A DNA stretch of 64,000 nucleotides from an uncultured Verrucomicrobiae bacterium (GCA_963837955.1 CAWIPH010000002.1:2144001-2208000), one strand, 5' to 3'; numbered from the stretch's first letter, positions 47,556-59,385 are shown. Numbers and translations are program-made. Notes: generated by a model not told the origin, from the sequence alone.

Positions 47556-48569
47556 ATGGGAACATTGCGCGTTCAAAAATTAGCCGCGATTGTTGGACAG
47601 TTTTTTGCCTGGCTGGTGCTTCTTTTTCTGCATGCCTGGGCGACGCTGGCGATCTACTTCGCCAATTTTCATCAACCGCTCGCCAGAATTTTGGTTCCTC
47701 TCGCCTACGTGTTCTTGTTGGTCTTGCTGGTGATCTTCGTTCGCGGACGGTTCTTCCGCCTGGTCGCTGTTGCCGTTGTCTTCATCTTTGCCGCCTTGTG
47801 GTGGATGTGTATCCAACCGACCGGGCGTGGGGATTATCTTCCATCGGTAGCAGTGCTGGCTTATCCCGAATTCCACGGAGATCTGGTGACTATCCACAAC
47901 CTGCGCAATTTCGATTATCGGACGAGAGACGATTATGATATTCGATACGAGGATCGGACGTATGATCTAAACCGGCTAAAGCACGTCGATTTTCTGATCA
48001 ATTATTGGGATGGAAACCGGGATACAGCGCACACAGCATTGAGCTTTGGATTCGACGACGGTCAATACGTAGCCGTGTCGATCGAAATTCGTGGCCAGAA
48101 AGGGGATACCTACGAATTTCTGCGGGGATTGTTCAAACAGTTTGAACTCTTCTACGTCATCGGTGATGAACGCGATTTGATCCGGGTCCGAACCAACTAC
48201 CAGAACGAAGAGGTTCATCTTTACCGGACGAACCGTACCCCCCAGAACGCGCGAAAATTGTTTGTGGATTTTTTGCAAGGCGCAGAGACGCTTCGGGCCC
48301 ATCCACGCTTTTACAACACGCTCTTCTGTAACTGCACCACGACGCTGATTGAGCACGTCAATCATGTGTTACCCACCAAGGTCCCGTTTTGGCAGCGGCG
48401 GATGATGAACGGTTACACCGATCACGCTGCATTTCAGAATGGTTGGCTAGCCGGCAACGGAGGTTTTGACGAACTCCGATTAAAATCAAACATTAATGAG
48501 CGAGCGCAAAAGGCCGATCATGACCCCGATTTTTCGCGAAAGATCAGAACTCACTTCGACCAGGGGTAG
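47556..48569 (+). CDS. DUF4105 / Lnb N-terminal domain protein
   Basis: HNLRNFDY, AHTALSFGF, DERDLIRVRTN, FYNTLFCNCTT. Confidence 0.88.
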   Translation: MGTLRVQKLAAIVGQFFAWLVLLFLHAWATLAIYFANFHQPLARILVPLAYVFLLVLLVIFVRGRFFRLVAVAVVFIFAALWWMCIQPTGRGDYLPSVAVLAYPEFHGDLVTIHNLRNFDYRTRDDYDIRYEDRTYDLNRLKHVDFLINYWDGNRDTAHTALSFGFDDGQYVAVSIEIRGQKGDTYEFLRGLFKQFELFYVIGDERDLIRVRTNYQNEEVHLYRTNRTPQNARKLFVDFLQGAETLRAHPRFYNTLFCNCTTTLIEHVNHVLPTKVPFWQRRMMNGYTDHAAFQNGWLAGNGGFDELRLKSNINERAQKADHDPDFSRKIRTHFDQG

Positions 48570-48575
48570 TTAGCA

Positions 48576-49283
48576 ATGCGCGCTTGCACGATCAGTATTC
48601 CCGTTGATTCGGGAGCGGTTCGCGAGTTAGCGGCTCTGGTCGTCGAACCCAACTCGGATCAGGTCGTTGCTCCCGTTCTGTTATTTCTCCACGGAAAGGG
48701 TGAAGCCGGTTCGTCACCTGGCGCGCTCCCGTTAGTCTGTGTTCACGAGACGCCTCCATTTCAAGCGATGCTTGGTCGCCTTCCTGGAACCCTGGTTATC
48801 GCGCCCCAAGCACCGCCTGATCCGTCCTTTGACAAGTGGAACTGGCGTGACTACGTGGAGGGACTCGCTGGATTCTTAATAGATCGATATGCCAAGCGGC
48901 GGATAGTGGCGACCGGTTTTAGCCGGGGAGGGCTTGGCATACTCCAATTGGTATCGGCCTATCCAGATCTGGTGCAGGCGTGGGGTGTCGTTGATCCACA
49001 GCCGGCGCGGGATCAGCAGGAGACCGACAGCATTTTTCGAAGTCCAGCACTTGGGCGGGGTTGGCTTCGTTACGGTCTCTATCGCAAACGAGACGCTGCC
49101 TGGGAAACCTTCAGCTCTCTACTGTTTGACCACCTTCCGATCGAGAACCAGGATACGGCCGAACTCGCGCACGACCAAATGGCCTTGCAGGCGTATCGGG
49201 GCGCCTCGTTGAGTGTGGATGCTGGTAAAAAGAATCTCTACGACTCCCTGGGGTTGAAGTTTGACCCGGCGCCTGCTCTTTAA
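48576..49283 (+). CDS. Alpha/beta hydrolase-fold protein
   Basis: LFLHGKGE, VIAPQAP, TGFSRGG nucleophile elbow. Confidence 0.75.
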   Translation: MRACTISIPVDSGAVRELAALVVEPNSDQVVAPVLLFLHGKGEAGSSPGALPLVCVHETPPFQAMLGRLPGTLVIAPQAPPDPSFDKWNWRDYVEGLAGFLIDRYAKRRIVATGFSRGGLGILQLVSAYPDLVQAWGVVDPQPARDQQETDSIFRSPALGRGWLRYGLYRKRDAAWETFSSLLFDHLPIENQDTAELAHDQMALQAYRGASLSVDAGKKNLYDSLGLKFDPAPAL

Positions 49284-49310
49284 CTCGTTTTTTGCCCCGG
49301 AGGGGCGCTA

Positions 49311-49362
49311 GGGAGGGATCGCGTCCTCGCGATCCGCGGCGCACGAGGACGTGCGCCCTCCC
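49311..49362. repeat. GGGAGGG...CCCTCCC REP-like doublet
   Basis: Same family as 4383-4501; lies between convergent genes. Confidence 0.8.
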
Positions 49363-49438
49363 CGTCTTCATTGCCTTCCTGAAGGACGACTTCGGCGTAC
49401 GCGAAAACCACTTCCCAAATCTCGGCGAGAGGTGTCAC

Positions 49439-50695
49439 TCAGTCGGCGGCGCGTTCGACGGCAACCATGCAAACGTCGTCCTCGAAATGTTGTTGGGAGG
49501 AATAACGGCAAACTTCATCCACAACGGCAGAGAATAGCTGTTTGACCGGAAGGCCTGCTAAGCGACGAAGGCTGGAAACGAGAGCGTTCCGACCAAATTG
49601 GTTTCCTTCTGGAGAATCGACTTCGTACAGCCCGTCAGTGAAAAGTATCAGGCAGTCACTGGCCTCGAAAGGACAAGTGAACGTCGTGTATGAGATATCG
49701 TCAAAAACTCCTAAGGCCGGCCCCGATTTCGTTTTGTCATCGGTGATTAGCTCAGCGGCGTTTGGCTGACGCCGCAGCCGCACCGGAACCGGATGCGCAG
49801 CGTTCGCAAACTGGACGTCTTTGCTCGCCGCGTCGACAATCAGGTAGAAGGCCGTCGCGACGAAAGGTTCATCCACACGCTCCAGAATCACCCTCAGGCG
49901 TAGATTCAGCGCGCTGAGAAAACGCCCGGCATTAAACATGACTGGCCGAAGCTCTTCCAGCAAAGCCCGAATGATGGCAGTGACCAGCGCTGCCCGCAAT
50001 CCGTGTCCCATGACGTCACAGATAAAGACGCCGAGGCGGTTTTGGGAAAGAGGGAAAAAATCAAAAAAGTCGCCACCCACCGCCGCCGCGGGCCGGTAGT
50101 AGTGCGCGAAACTGAACGGGGGATGGCCGGAAACATCGTGTCCCGTAAGGGTAGGGTACTCGCGCGGCAAGAGGGCGAGTTGAACCTCGCGCGCCATGCG
50201 GAGATCGGCCTCGAACTGAGCGTTTCTGGCCTCAAGTTCGGCGGTCGTGATCCGCAGCCGGCGGCTCTCCTCCTCTAGGGCCTCCTCCATTCGCTTGATA
50301 GCCGTAAAGTCTTTGTTGATGCCACAGATGCCGATGATTTCTCCCCGCGAGTTCCTTAAGGGCAGCTTACTTGTGTAGTCCCAGGTGACTCGGCCGCTGG
50401 GATAAACGAGTTTTTCGACTTTGCCGACCAGTGGCTTCCCGGTCTCGAGGATCTGCTTTTCGTCTGAGGCTGCCTCCTGCGCGGTTTGCTCCGACCAGAA
50501 GTCAAAGTCACTCTTGCCGATGAGGTCAGCGGGGCTCGCGACGCCCATGAAGTTCGCCACCGCTCGGCTCGCGCAGATGAACCGGCCCGCGGTGTCTTTA
50601 AAATAAATTTGATCCGTGGCATTCTCGAGCAGGAACGCGAAAAGGTCCTGGCTGAGAGAAGGGTCATCCGGACGGAGGGGGGATAATTCTTTCAC
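49439..50695 (-). CDS. PAS-domain SpoIIE/PP2C-type phosphatase (RsbU/RsbP-like)
   Basis: IYFKDTAGRF PAS; VGGDFFD, CDVMGHG, FTDGL, EDDVC; start uncertain (GTG 50695). Confidence 0.92.
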   Translation of the reverse strand: MKELSPLRPDDPSLSQDLFAFLLENATDQIYFKDTAGRFICASRAVANFMGVASPADLIGKSDFDFWSEQTAQEAASDEKQILETGKPLVGKVEKLVYPSGRVTWDYTSKLPLRNSRGEIIGICGINKDFTAIKRMEEALEEESRRLRITTAELEARNAQFEADLRMAREVQLALLPREYPTLTGHDVSGHPPFSFAHYYRPAAAVGGDFFDFFPLSQNRLGVFICDVMGHGLRAALVTAIIRALLEELRPVMFNAGRFLSALNLRLRVILERVDEPFVATAFYLIVDAASKDVQFANAAHPVPVRLRRQPNAAELITDDKTKSGPALGVFDDISYTTFTCPFEASDCLILFTDGLYEVDSPEGNQFGRNALVSSLRRLAGLPVKQLFSAVVDEVCRYSSQQHFEDDVCMVAVERAAD

Positions 50696-50790
50696 GGGCC
50701 GGAATGAATCTAGCCCGCCGGCTCGGAGTGGTCTACGTCGAATCGTACCTTGACCCGCTGCGACCAGCCTCTGACGATATCCTAAAGTGT

Positions 50791-51570
50791 ATGGGCTCGT
50801 CACCTGATCTACCAAGCGACAGGGAACGAACGTTCACCATCACTTTGGCCTTTCATGACGATCTCGTTTTGTTTCTGAAGCGGGAGGAACGCAATGGCCG
50901 GATCAGACGGGTATTGACTCATAAAGCGTCGGTTAAGGATGTGATCGAATCGTGTGGTGTACCCCATCCCGAGGTAGACCTCATCATTGTAAATGGGAAG
51001 CCGGTCGATTTTTCTTCTCATTTGAACACGGATGCCGCGCTTGAGATTTACCCGGCCCCGGCACCGAGCGGGCTGTTTCCGGACCTTCGTCTGCAGGCTC
51101 GTAATGTGTTGAGCTTTGTCGCCGATGGTCACTTAGGAAAGCTTACGCGAGACCTCCGCCTGCTTGGGATCGACGTCAGTTACCGGAACAATGCCCTGGA
51201 TAGCGAGTTGCTATGTACCATGACCCGAGAACGCCGGGCGTTACTGACGCGTGATCGCCGGCTCCTGATGCATCGAGTGGTGCAAACGGGGTATTATCCG
51301 CGCTCGCAACATTCGATTGAACAGACGGCGGAAGTAATCAAACGATTCAATTTGGCCGAAAAACTCGCTCCTTTTCAGCGTTGCCTTCACTGCAACGAAC
51401 TGTTGACTACGGTCTCAAAGGAAACGGTGCTGGAGAAATTGGAACCCCTAACTCGGCTTTACTATCACGATTTTCGATGCTGCCCAAAATGTGGACAAAT
51501 CTACTGGCGCGGCTCTCATTTTAATCATCTAACAAGTCGGGTAAACGCTCTCATTGAGTCCATTGTTTAG
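50791..51570 (+). CDS. Mut7-C RNase with N-terminal ubiquitin-like domain
   Basis: SVKDVIESCGVPHPEV, FVADGHLGKLTRDLRLLG, LLTRDR, RCLHCN, CPKCGQIYWRGSH. Confidence 0.92.
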   Translation: MGSSPDLPSDRERTFTITLAFHDDLVLFLKREERNGRIRRVLTHKASVKDVIESCGVPHPEVDLIIVNGKPVDFSSHLNTDAALEIYPAPAPSGLFPDLRLQARNVLSFVADGHLGKLTRDLRLLGIDVSYRNNALDSELLCTMTRERRALLTRDRRLLMHRVVQTGYYPRSQHSIEQTAEVIKRFNLAEKLAPFQRCLHCNELLTTVSKETVLEKLEPLTRLYYHDFRCCPKCGQIYWRGSHFNHLTSRVNALIESIV

Positions 51571-52814
51571 CTACCTGTTCAATCTTGTTAACGGTAGTCT
51601 CAGCAGTCTGTTCACCTTGCAAAAACTTTTCAATATTGCGGGATACCTCTATCGAAAACTCGTTGTAGTTATCCCCCAGGAACAGTGGACGGTCGCGCGA
51701 CTGCATTCTCCAAGATCGGTAGCAATTTCACCAGCAAAGGTACTTTGCTGGTGAGGTCTTCGTCACGGTACAAAGCGGGGAGTGTCGGCAAAGTGCCAAG
51801 TTCGATGGCTCCTTGTTTTTGAGCGGTTGCCGACGTCATGCTACGAATCAGATCGGCAGCTACCTCCGGGTGTTTTGAGTATTTGGAAAGCATCAGACTC
51901 CAACCCCCAAGACCACCGGAATGTTGTCCGTGAGCACCTCCCGCCGGCAAAACAGCGATCGCAAACTTTCCGGCAATAGGAACAGGTGGGCCTATTGGCG
52001 AGCAGATAGACGTACGGCCAATTTCGCATAAGGGCAGCGCCTCCACTCTCAAAGATTTGCCTGCAATCCTCTTCCGAATAGGTGGTTTCGCCCCGGGGCG
52101 AAATTGTGCCCATCCAGCTCTTGGCCATGTTGAGGGCTTCAATACTTTTGGAGTTGTCGATCGATACGGTTCCATTGGGTTCAACTATCGATCCACCTCC
52201 GTAGCTATAAATCCATTCCAGTGCGTTCGTGGTAAGTCCTTCCTTCCTCCCTTGCCACAAGTACCCAAAGAAGTTCGCATTGCCGGAAGCGCGTTCCCCT
52301 TCCTGGATAGTCCGGGCCATCGCCATCAATTCCTCCCATGTTTCGGGCGGACCCTTAAATCCATATTTCTGTAGCAGGTCCGTTCGGTAGTAGAGGATAC
52401 CGACGTCCGTATCCGCTGGCATTGAAACAAGGTGGCCATTCACCGTGTTGTTCTCGATGATACGTGAAAAATGCTGGTTGATCTCCGCTGGACTAAAGTA
52501 ACGTCCCAAAGTCGATCGCATGCGGCTACGGCCGCCCGTTGCCAAGTGACATCGATAAGGTAGATATCGATATCGGAAGTCCGAGCTGCCCAATCCTGCT
52601 CGTAAGTGGCGTATTGGTCCGTCGTTGAAATCGGTGTAGGGAGATAGTGAACCCGATTACCGGTGCTCTTGCACCAATCATTGATCATGTTCGGACCGTG
52701 CTCGGCAATTCCTCCGTGGATTCGAACCCCAGCCAATCCGATGTCGACGCCTTGACCGAAGCAACACCCGTTTGTTGTTAGTAATGCGATAATCCAGAAC
52801 AGTCGCTTACGCAT
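51551..52814 (-). CDS. Carbohydrate (maltose/trehalose-type) ABC substrate-binding protein, split by three or more frameshifts
   Basis: DIYLIDVTW, LYYRTDLLQKYG, PPETWEEL, MRNWPY, LGGW, NAVARP spread over different frames; removing one G at 51673-51677 restores the C-terminus. Confidence 0.8.
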
Positions 52815-52917
52815 GCAGTCGTCGTTAGTCGTTCATTCTGGGACGAATGGCAATTTATTCGCGCCACCGAAAGCTTCCGGAGATTGCCTTGGTTCCTTTT
52901 TCTGGCCATAAGGAGAA

Positions 52918-53882
52918 ATGCTATCCCTCCGGCTCACCGAGTTGCGCGAGGCCGCGAGGAAACAAAAAACGGACGCCCGAAAAAAAACGAGTCGGACGGG
53001 ACGTCAGATCCGGCTGGCATGGCTCCTAATCATTCCCGCCTTCCTCGTCTTACTGCTCGTCGTCGGATATCCACTGACTCAGGCCTTTATTCTTACATTT
53101 CAAAGAGCGAAGCTCGACGGTTCGATTCCGCCGAGCTTCGTCGGAATCGACAACTACCTTCGCTTACTCAGAGATCCGGAGTTCCTAGGATCGATTTGGA
53201 ATTCTCTGCGATTTACCTTTGTCGCGGTCCCGATTGAAGGCGGCTTAGGCATGTTGTTTGCCTTAGCAGCGAATTCGCCGTTCAAAGGAAGACGGATCTT
53301 GCGGTTTGCCATCCTCGCACCATGGGCAGTGCCCTCGGTTGCTACGTCGGAGATTTGGCGGTGGATGTTTCAGGATGTTTATGGGCTCATCAATTGGCTG
53401 TTAATCAGCTTCGGAAATCTATTTCACCTCCAAATCTTCTCTGCAAAAATCCCTTGGCTCGCGCTTCCCAAAACGGCGATGTGGGCCATCGTGGCGGTAG
53501 ATGTTTGGCGATCCTCGCCTTACATCGCGATTATTCTACTGGCCGGGCTTCAGCTGATTCCCAAGAGAACTGTACGAGGCTGCTACCATTGATGGTGCCA
53601 CGGCCTGGAAGCGATTTTGGAACATTACGCTGCCGATTCTGAGCCCAACCCTGCTCGTTGCCCTAATCCTCCGAACTGTGGACGCCTTTCGTATCTTCGA
53701 TCTCGCTGCCGTCATGACCGGTGGTGATGCCGGAACGGCGACAGATGGCATTCTACAACAAGCAGGTGCTGATCGATTTCAACAACGCAGGCCTTGGATC
53801 GACTATTTCGATCGCTATTCTTCTGATGAGTCTGTCGTTTGTCTTCCTTTATAGCCGCTTCCTGAAAAATAGTTTCGAATGA
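52918..53882 (+). CDS. Carbohydrate ABC permease (MalF-like), frameshifted near 53560
   Basis: FVGIDNY, APWAVPSV, LLAGLQLIP, then LYEAATIDGA in the next frame. Confidence 0.8.
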
Positions 53883-54712
53883 ATCGGTCACTCTTATCGA
53901 GAGTCTTTCTCTATGTGGGTTCCGCGGCAATTGTCGTCTACGCGCTATGTCCATTTGCCTGGGCCGCATTTTCGTCGGTGAGATCTCAAGGCCTTTTTCT
54001 GCCGGGACTGCAATCGTTTTGCAGCCCGTTCACCTTGGAGAATTACATCACCGTTCTTAGAGATCCGAGGATGGCCTCCAGCTGCCTTAACTCAATTATT
54101 GTCGCTGCCGGAACGGTAAGCCTTTCATTGCTGCTTGGCAGCTTATGCGCGTACGCGCTCAGTCGTTTACCGTTTCGATTCAAGCGGCCGGTGCTTTATC
54201 TCACTGTAGCAATGATGATATTTCCGCAAGTGAGCCTCCTCTCGGGCCTTTTTCTCCTCATGCGAATCACGCACCTGTATAACACCCGCACGGGGCTTAT
54301 CCTCACGTACTTGGTATACGCTTTACCGCTTACGATCCTTTTGCTGAGAGGCTATTTTCGGAGTCTTCCCGCGGAACTTGAAGAGGCTGCCTACATTGAT
54401 GGCGCGAACCCACTGATTGTCCTTTGGAAAATCTTACTTCCGTTAGCTGCTCCAGGTCTTTTTACGACCGCGATGCTCATCTTTATCAGTGCGTGGAACG
54501 AATTCCTGTTCGCGTTGACTTTTACGGCAAGTGATCAAGCTCGCACGTTGCCAGTGACGATTTCTGCCTTTACCGGTGTTTCGTATCATGAAACCCCGTG
54601 GAGTCCGATTCTGGCGGCTTCGTTGCTTGTCAGCTTCCCGCTCTTGCTCTTCGTAGCCATATTTCAGTCCCGGATCATGGCGGGGATATCCGCAGGGGCC
54701 ATTCGAGAGTAG
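53879..54712 (+). CDS. Carbohydrate ABC permease (MalG-like)
   Basis: AYALSR, ELEEAAYIDGA EAA loop, AWNEFLFAL. Confidence 0.92.
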   Translation: MNRSLLSRVFLYVGSAAIVVYALCPFAWAAFSSVRSQGLFLPGLQSFCSPFTLENYITVLRDPRMASSCLNSIIVAAGTVSLSLLLGSLCAYALSRLPFRFKRPVLYLTVAMMIFPQVSLLSGLFLLMRITHLYNTRTGLILTYLVYALPLTILLLRGYFRSLPAELEEAAYIDGANPLIVLWKILLPLAAPGLFTTAMLIFISAWNEFLFALTFTASDQARTLPVTISAFTGVSYHETPWSPILAASLLVSFPLLLFVAIFQSRIMAGISAGAIRE

Positions 54713-55531
54713 GTATGCGATAGAAAGCCTGATACCGTTTCGAAATGGGTTCGCTCTCCTTTCAAAGATACCGCCCAAGCTTCGAGGCATGCCGAGCGAT
54801 GGCCATGGCGTCTCTTCGATAAAACGCAGCGTGTTCCTCGGCGAAATCGGCTCCGATGAATCCCTATATTCTCGGGAGAACCCATCCAGGCAATCTGGTG
54901 CTCCAACCGCTGGAGCACGGCATCAAGCAGACCGATTCTCTCCTCGAGCCCATAGCAGTCACAGAACCGGCGAATCCGTCGGGCAACACTATCCACCTGA
55001 GGTGTCACTCACTCCGACGATGTTCGATAGCTCGCAGAGTGGCGCAAAACGATAAACTGCGAAAGCCACATCCCAGATCCGCGGTCCGGGAGCAGCCGTT
55101 TCGAAATCAATAAAACCGACTGCCTTCCGCTTAACATAGATCGTGTTATATGGACCAATATCGCCATGACAGATCACTCTCCGGAGAGCCGGGAATCTTT
55201 GCTGACCAGGCTGGCATCATTCGGCTCGCGGAAACTGACGGTTGCATCGTGATAAGCACGTAACAGCCGTGCTACTCTGTACAGGTTATCTTCCGAGTAA
55301 ACGAAGGCTCTCCACGGATAGTGCTCGGCCGATCCCGGAAGATAACTCAGAATCTCCCGTCCCTGTTCATCAAAGCCGAGAGCTAGCAGGCGCGCCCTCA
55401 AATCCGTGAGCCTTAAGATGGCGAAGTAACGCCTGAACCGTGCGACTCGACGGTCGGGCTTGGCGCCGAATGGTGTCACCAATCCTTACGACGCCGTTCC
55501 ACCCACCGAGCTCTTCTTTGTGTTCAGACAT
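54700..55531 (-). CDS. Aminoglycoside phosphotransferase (APH)-like kinase, frameshifted; 3' end approximate
   Basis: VVRIGDTIRR..LLRHL / LGFDEQGREILSYLPG / ICHGDIGPYN..GFIDFETAAPG in successive frames. Confidence 0.75.
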
Positions 55532-55682
55532 ATCTCCATCTCGAAAGATGCTGTTGGTCGCGCCTCCGAACTAACTAACAATCGCGGATTGGTCAATCCA
55601 ACAGCACGCGATCAGCGGAGTTTGGCAGAGATTGCTTGCGCGAATCCCCTCAATTTGTCCTAATTGGTAGAACGGGTTAGTA

Positions 55683-56547
55683 ATGAAATTACTTCACCAG
55701 GACGGTATGATCTCTGGGTTCTGGGCCGTCGAAATGGATCGGCTGGTTCCGGACATCATGGATTGCAGCGATGTTCGGCATCCACAGCGGGGCAGAGTGG
55801 GGCCCCATCTCCACCGGCATTGGGAGCTTTACTATCAGGTTGCTGGAATCGGTCACCATTATTCGATGGGCGGCGGTAAGTTTATTTTAAAGCCTGGTTC
55901 TATTTATTTTGTTGGTCCTCATGTCAATCATTGGCACGAACATACTTCCAGCGAACCAGCTCACGTCCTTACCGTCGGGTTCGATCTCGCGGCCGTAGCC
56001 GCTCGCCATCCGGAATGGGATGTCTTTGGACATTTTTCGCCAATCTTCTCGGTCGATGAATGCTCACCAACTCGAACGTAGTTTCACCCGGGTGCTCGAA
56101 GAGGCAACCATCGCCTTGAACCACCAAAGTGCCGCGCTTCGACTCGCGTTGGACATGCTTGTTCTGGACGTGATGCGCACGGTTTCTCGAACCCGATTGA
56201 TGCTCGCTCCAGCGTCGCCACGGCATCCCGCGGTGCTCCGGGCCGTTCATTTGCTGGAAACCCGGTTCCGGGAACCGTGGACCCTCAACGAAATAGCCGC
56301 ACACGCGGGAATTTCTCGGGCGCATTTGGCAAAGTTGTTTCAACAAGATACTGGGATTCCGCTGCATAGATTTCTCAACCGAGTGCGGATTTCCCGTGCT
56401 GAACAGATACTTCGTAACTCCGAACTGTCGTGTGAGTCCATTGCTGCTGGAATGTGGCTTTGCGCATCGATTCAGCATTTTTCGCGGGCCTTCAAACTTC
56501 ACACCGGGATGACCCCAATTAAGTTCCGGCAGAAGCATCGGATTTAG
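55683..56547 (+). CDS. AraC-family regulator (cupin plus HTH), frameshifted near 56050
   Basis: HLHRHWEL cupin; TLNEIAAHAGISRAHLAKLF, HFSRAFKLHTGMTP. Confidence 0.85.
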
Positions 56548-56673
56548 GGGAGGCAAAAGGCCATCCGCGAGTTAACTCGTTTGATCCTGCTTAGGCCGCT
56601 TCGCCCGGCCGTATTATGAGCGTTGCGACGGCCGAGACGGTCTCATCGATCTACCGCATTTTTTTGAGCACTC

Positions 56674-56703
56674 TCGTCCGATAATTTTATCCATTCGTCC
56701 GAT
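56674..56703 (+). promoter_or_regulatory. Direct repeat TCGTCCGAT x2 (21-bp period), candidate AraC-type site
   Basis: Copies at 56674 and 56695, between the AraC gene and the porin. Confidence 0.45.
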
Positions 56704-56804
56704 CGACCTCCTTTCGTCTCGAATTATCTGCGGGGCTGAACTAAAAGCTGCACCCATCGATCGCGCAGCCCTTCCGCGTCGATCCCCTTAACCCCCTGAA
56801 CTGA

Positions 56805-58556
56805 ATGGAAATGCAAAAACTCAATTGTAATCCCCCGAGAACCTATTTTCGGTATGGTTTGGTAACACTGTTATCGTTACTAACCATACCGAGTGTGTTT
56901 GCGCAGCAGAGCGCAGACTCAAGCGATGTCGCTGCATCTGAAAGCGCACCAGCATGGATAAGCATGCAGAAACAATACGAAGACCGCATCACGGCTATGG
57001 AATCCAAGATGCAGTCGCTCGAATCCAAAGCGGATTCTGGATCGATTCTGAACACCCACGTTCTGACCGATGCGGACGGCAAACAGTACGAAGGCAAAGG
57101 CCCTGTCCTGGACGAATCGTTCCTCAAGTCGCTGACCCGAAATTTCAGCTTTACGGCTTACGTCCGTGCCGGTGTCCAAGTTAACGGCAACGGCGGTGGC
57201 GGTAATTTCCAGTTTAACCTGCCAGATGCCGATGGTGGTGATCCCCGTCTCGGTAACGAACCCGATGTCTACATGGAGTTGACCTGGAAACAGGCTCACA
57301 TGTTGGGTGACAACCCCGACGCGATGGATGTCTCCATGCAGTTCACGCCGGCTATCGTCTACAGGACGACCCGCAACTCGTTCACCGTGGCACCGAATAC
57401 CGGAGTACAGGAGCAAGGCAACGATTTCCGGTTCGTCTTGCGTGAAGCTTTCCTGGAGATGGCGAACGTCTTTAAGGGCGCGCCCGAGATCACCTTCTGG
57501 GGTGGCGAGCGCTTCTACGACCGTTTCAACGTGGATGCGAACGATTACTTCTACCTGGATGACTCCGGGTACGGAGCCGGTGTGAAAAACATCGATGTAG
57601 GTATCGGCAAGTTCTCGATTGCTTACATTGCTAGTCAGGACAACTCCCAGCTCTCCACATCCATCGGTACGCTCTACAAGCACGGGATCGATGCTCGTCT
57701 GAAGGACATCCAACTGGGCGGCTTCGGTAAGTTGATGCTCGTTTTCCTGGCTAACTTCGAGAAGGGCACCACCTTTACGAAAGCTTACGATAGCGAAGGC
57801 AATGTGATCAACTTGAGAAACCCGACTCAGATTTGGTGATGCGTATGGCTTTGGTGGCGGCTTCGTTTATCAGTACGACTTCTGCAACAAGAGCTTCCTC
57901 CAATTGTGGGCCTTGTTCGGCCGGGGAGCGACCACCTTCGGGAATGGCGGCACCGATATAGGCGCAATTACAGGAGCTGAGACCAATTTCTTGGCGCTTC
58001 ATCCGGCAGCGCCAGGACAGATAATTAACGTTGGGGACCCCACCAATAATCAGCTGCAATACCGCGCTGGTGGCCAGTTTGTCTGGAATCCGACCTCGTA
58101 CTTCTCAATGTGCCTGTGGGGTTTCTGGAACCTGAATAATCAGGGATTTCAAACGATTGGAGTTGACGCCAACGGCAAGACGAAGATCGTTTCGGGAAAT
58201 CGTAACTTGGTTGAGTATGGTATTCGTCCCGATCTTCTGGATCGCCGACAATATCGCGATCCAAGGTCAAGCCTGGGGTGCTTGGGAAGACAACAACCGT
58301 GGCGGGTCCGGATCGGGTTCCTTCGGCCGCGGCGGAAATATGGGTGTATTCACCATTGCTCCGACGATCAAGCCGAAGGGTGGATATTTCACCCGTCCGG
58401 AACTGCGCGTCTTCGCGACCTACGCGGTTTGGAGCGATTCTTTCAAGAATGCTGGGAACAATGCGAACAATCCCGGGCACTTCCGTGGGACCTTATATCA
58501 ACGACCATACGAACGACGGCTGGTTGTTTGGTACCCAGGTTGAGTGGTATTTTTAG
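56805..58556 (+). CDS. LamB/maltoporin-like carbohydrate porin, split by frameshifts
   Basis: Signal peptide plus coiled coil; YVRAG, RLGNE, WGGERFY, TIAPT, RPELRVFATYA, terminal FGTQVEWYF. Confidence 0.85.
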
Positions 58557-58587
58557 TCCGGAAATCGGGTTATTTCCAGACGGGCGT

Positions 58588-58623
58588 GCACCCCTGTTTT
58601 AACGAAAGACAGGGGTGCTTTTT
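58588..58623 (+). terminator. Rho-independent terminator
   Basis: GCACCCCTGT...ACAGGGGTGC followed by TTTTT. Confidence 0.8.
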
Positions 58624-58659
58624 GCCTGGATCCTATCATGGAAATCAGTTTGTTAGCTG

Positions 58660-59385
58660 ATGCGCCTTCTTCTAACCGCTGAACTGGGGCAGAACCATCG
58701 CTGGTTCAAGTGGCTCGATGAAGGATCTAAGAACTACGACCTCGTGGCCATTGCCGGTGACTTGATCAATGTTTTCCGTCCGGAGCCGCTCAATGTTCAA
58801 ATCCTCAAGTCCAAGGCGTTCCTTCGGTCTTTAGCGCAGAAGACGCGCGTTGTTATTTCCTCGGGTAATCACGATACGGTGGATGAAGTTGCTTCGTCTC
58901 CGCGCGGTCCAGTCCCAAAGTGGATGGCCGGACTGGATTCGATTAATACATTGCTCTCAGACGGTCGTACCTCCGTCATCCGGCAGCGGCTGATCGTTAC
59001 CACTTTAAGTTATATCTCAAGTTACGATCGGAAGCGATCGTGGTTAGCTGAAGGTGCTGAACTCCGCAAGAAAACAAACCTGCCATGGCTGGTGATCCAT
59101 CATCATCCCCCAGCGTTCCATGGGAGTGCTGGTCCTGAAGAATTGTCGGCCGGCAAGCTCCTCAAAGAATTCGAACCAACGCTTTGGTCAGCAGGTCGCT
59201 TTTTTGATCACGCGCACCCGCGCGGTTTCACCTGGATGCAAACGATCGATCAGTCGGTCGTTCTCAATGTGTCTCAAGCGTCGATTGCCACGGAACTGCG
59301 AGATGCGGCGTTTCCAAACCACATCGTTTTCGATCTCGGAAGCGGAAGGATACAATGGAATTCCTGGCTCGAAGTCGACGAATGA
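58660..59385 (+). CDS. Metallophosphoesterase-fold protein (degenerate first motif)
   Basis: AIAGDL, SSGNHD, HHHPP; the usual DxH is replaced by ELG. Confidence 0.7.
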   Translation: MRLLLTAELGQNHRWFKWLDEGSKNYDLVAIAGDLINVFRPEPLNVQILKSKAFLRSLAQKTRVVISSGNHDTVDEVASSPRGPVPKWMAGLDSINTLLSDGRTSVIRQRLIVTTLSYISSYDRKRSWLAEGAELRKKTNLPWLVIHHHPPAFHGSAGPEELSAGKLLKEFEPTLWSAGRFFDHAHPRGFTWMQTIDQSVVLNVSQASIATELRDAAFPNHIVFDLGSGRIQWNSWLEVDE

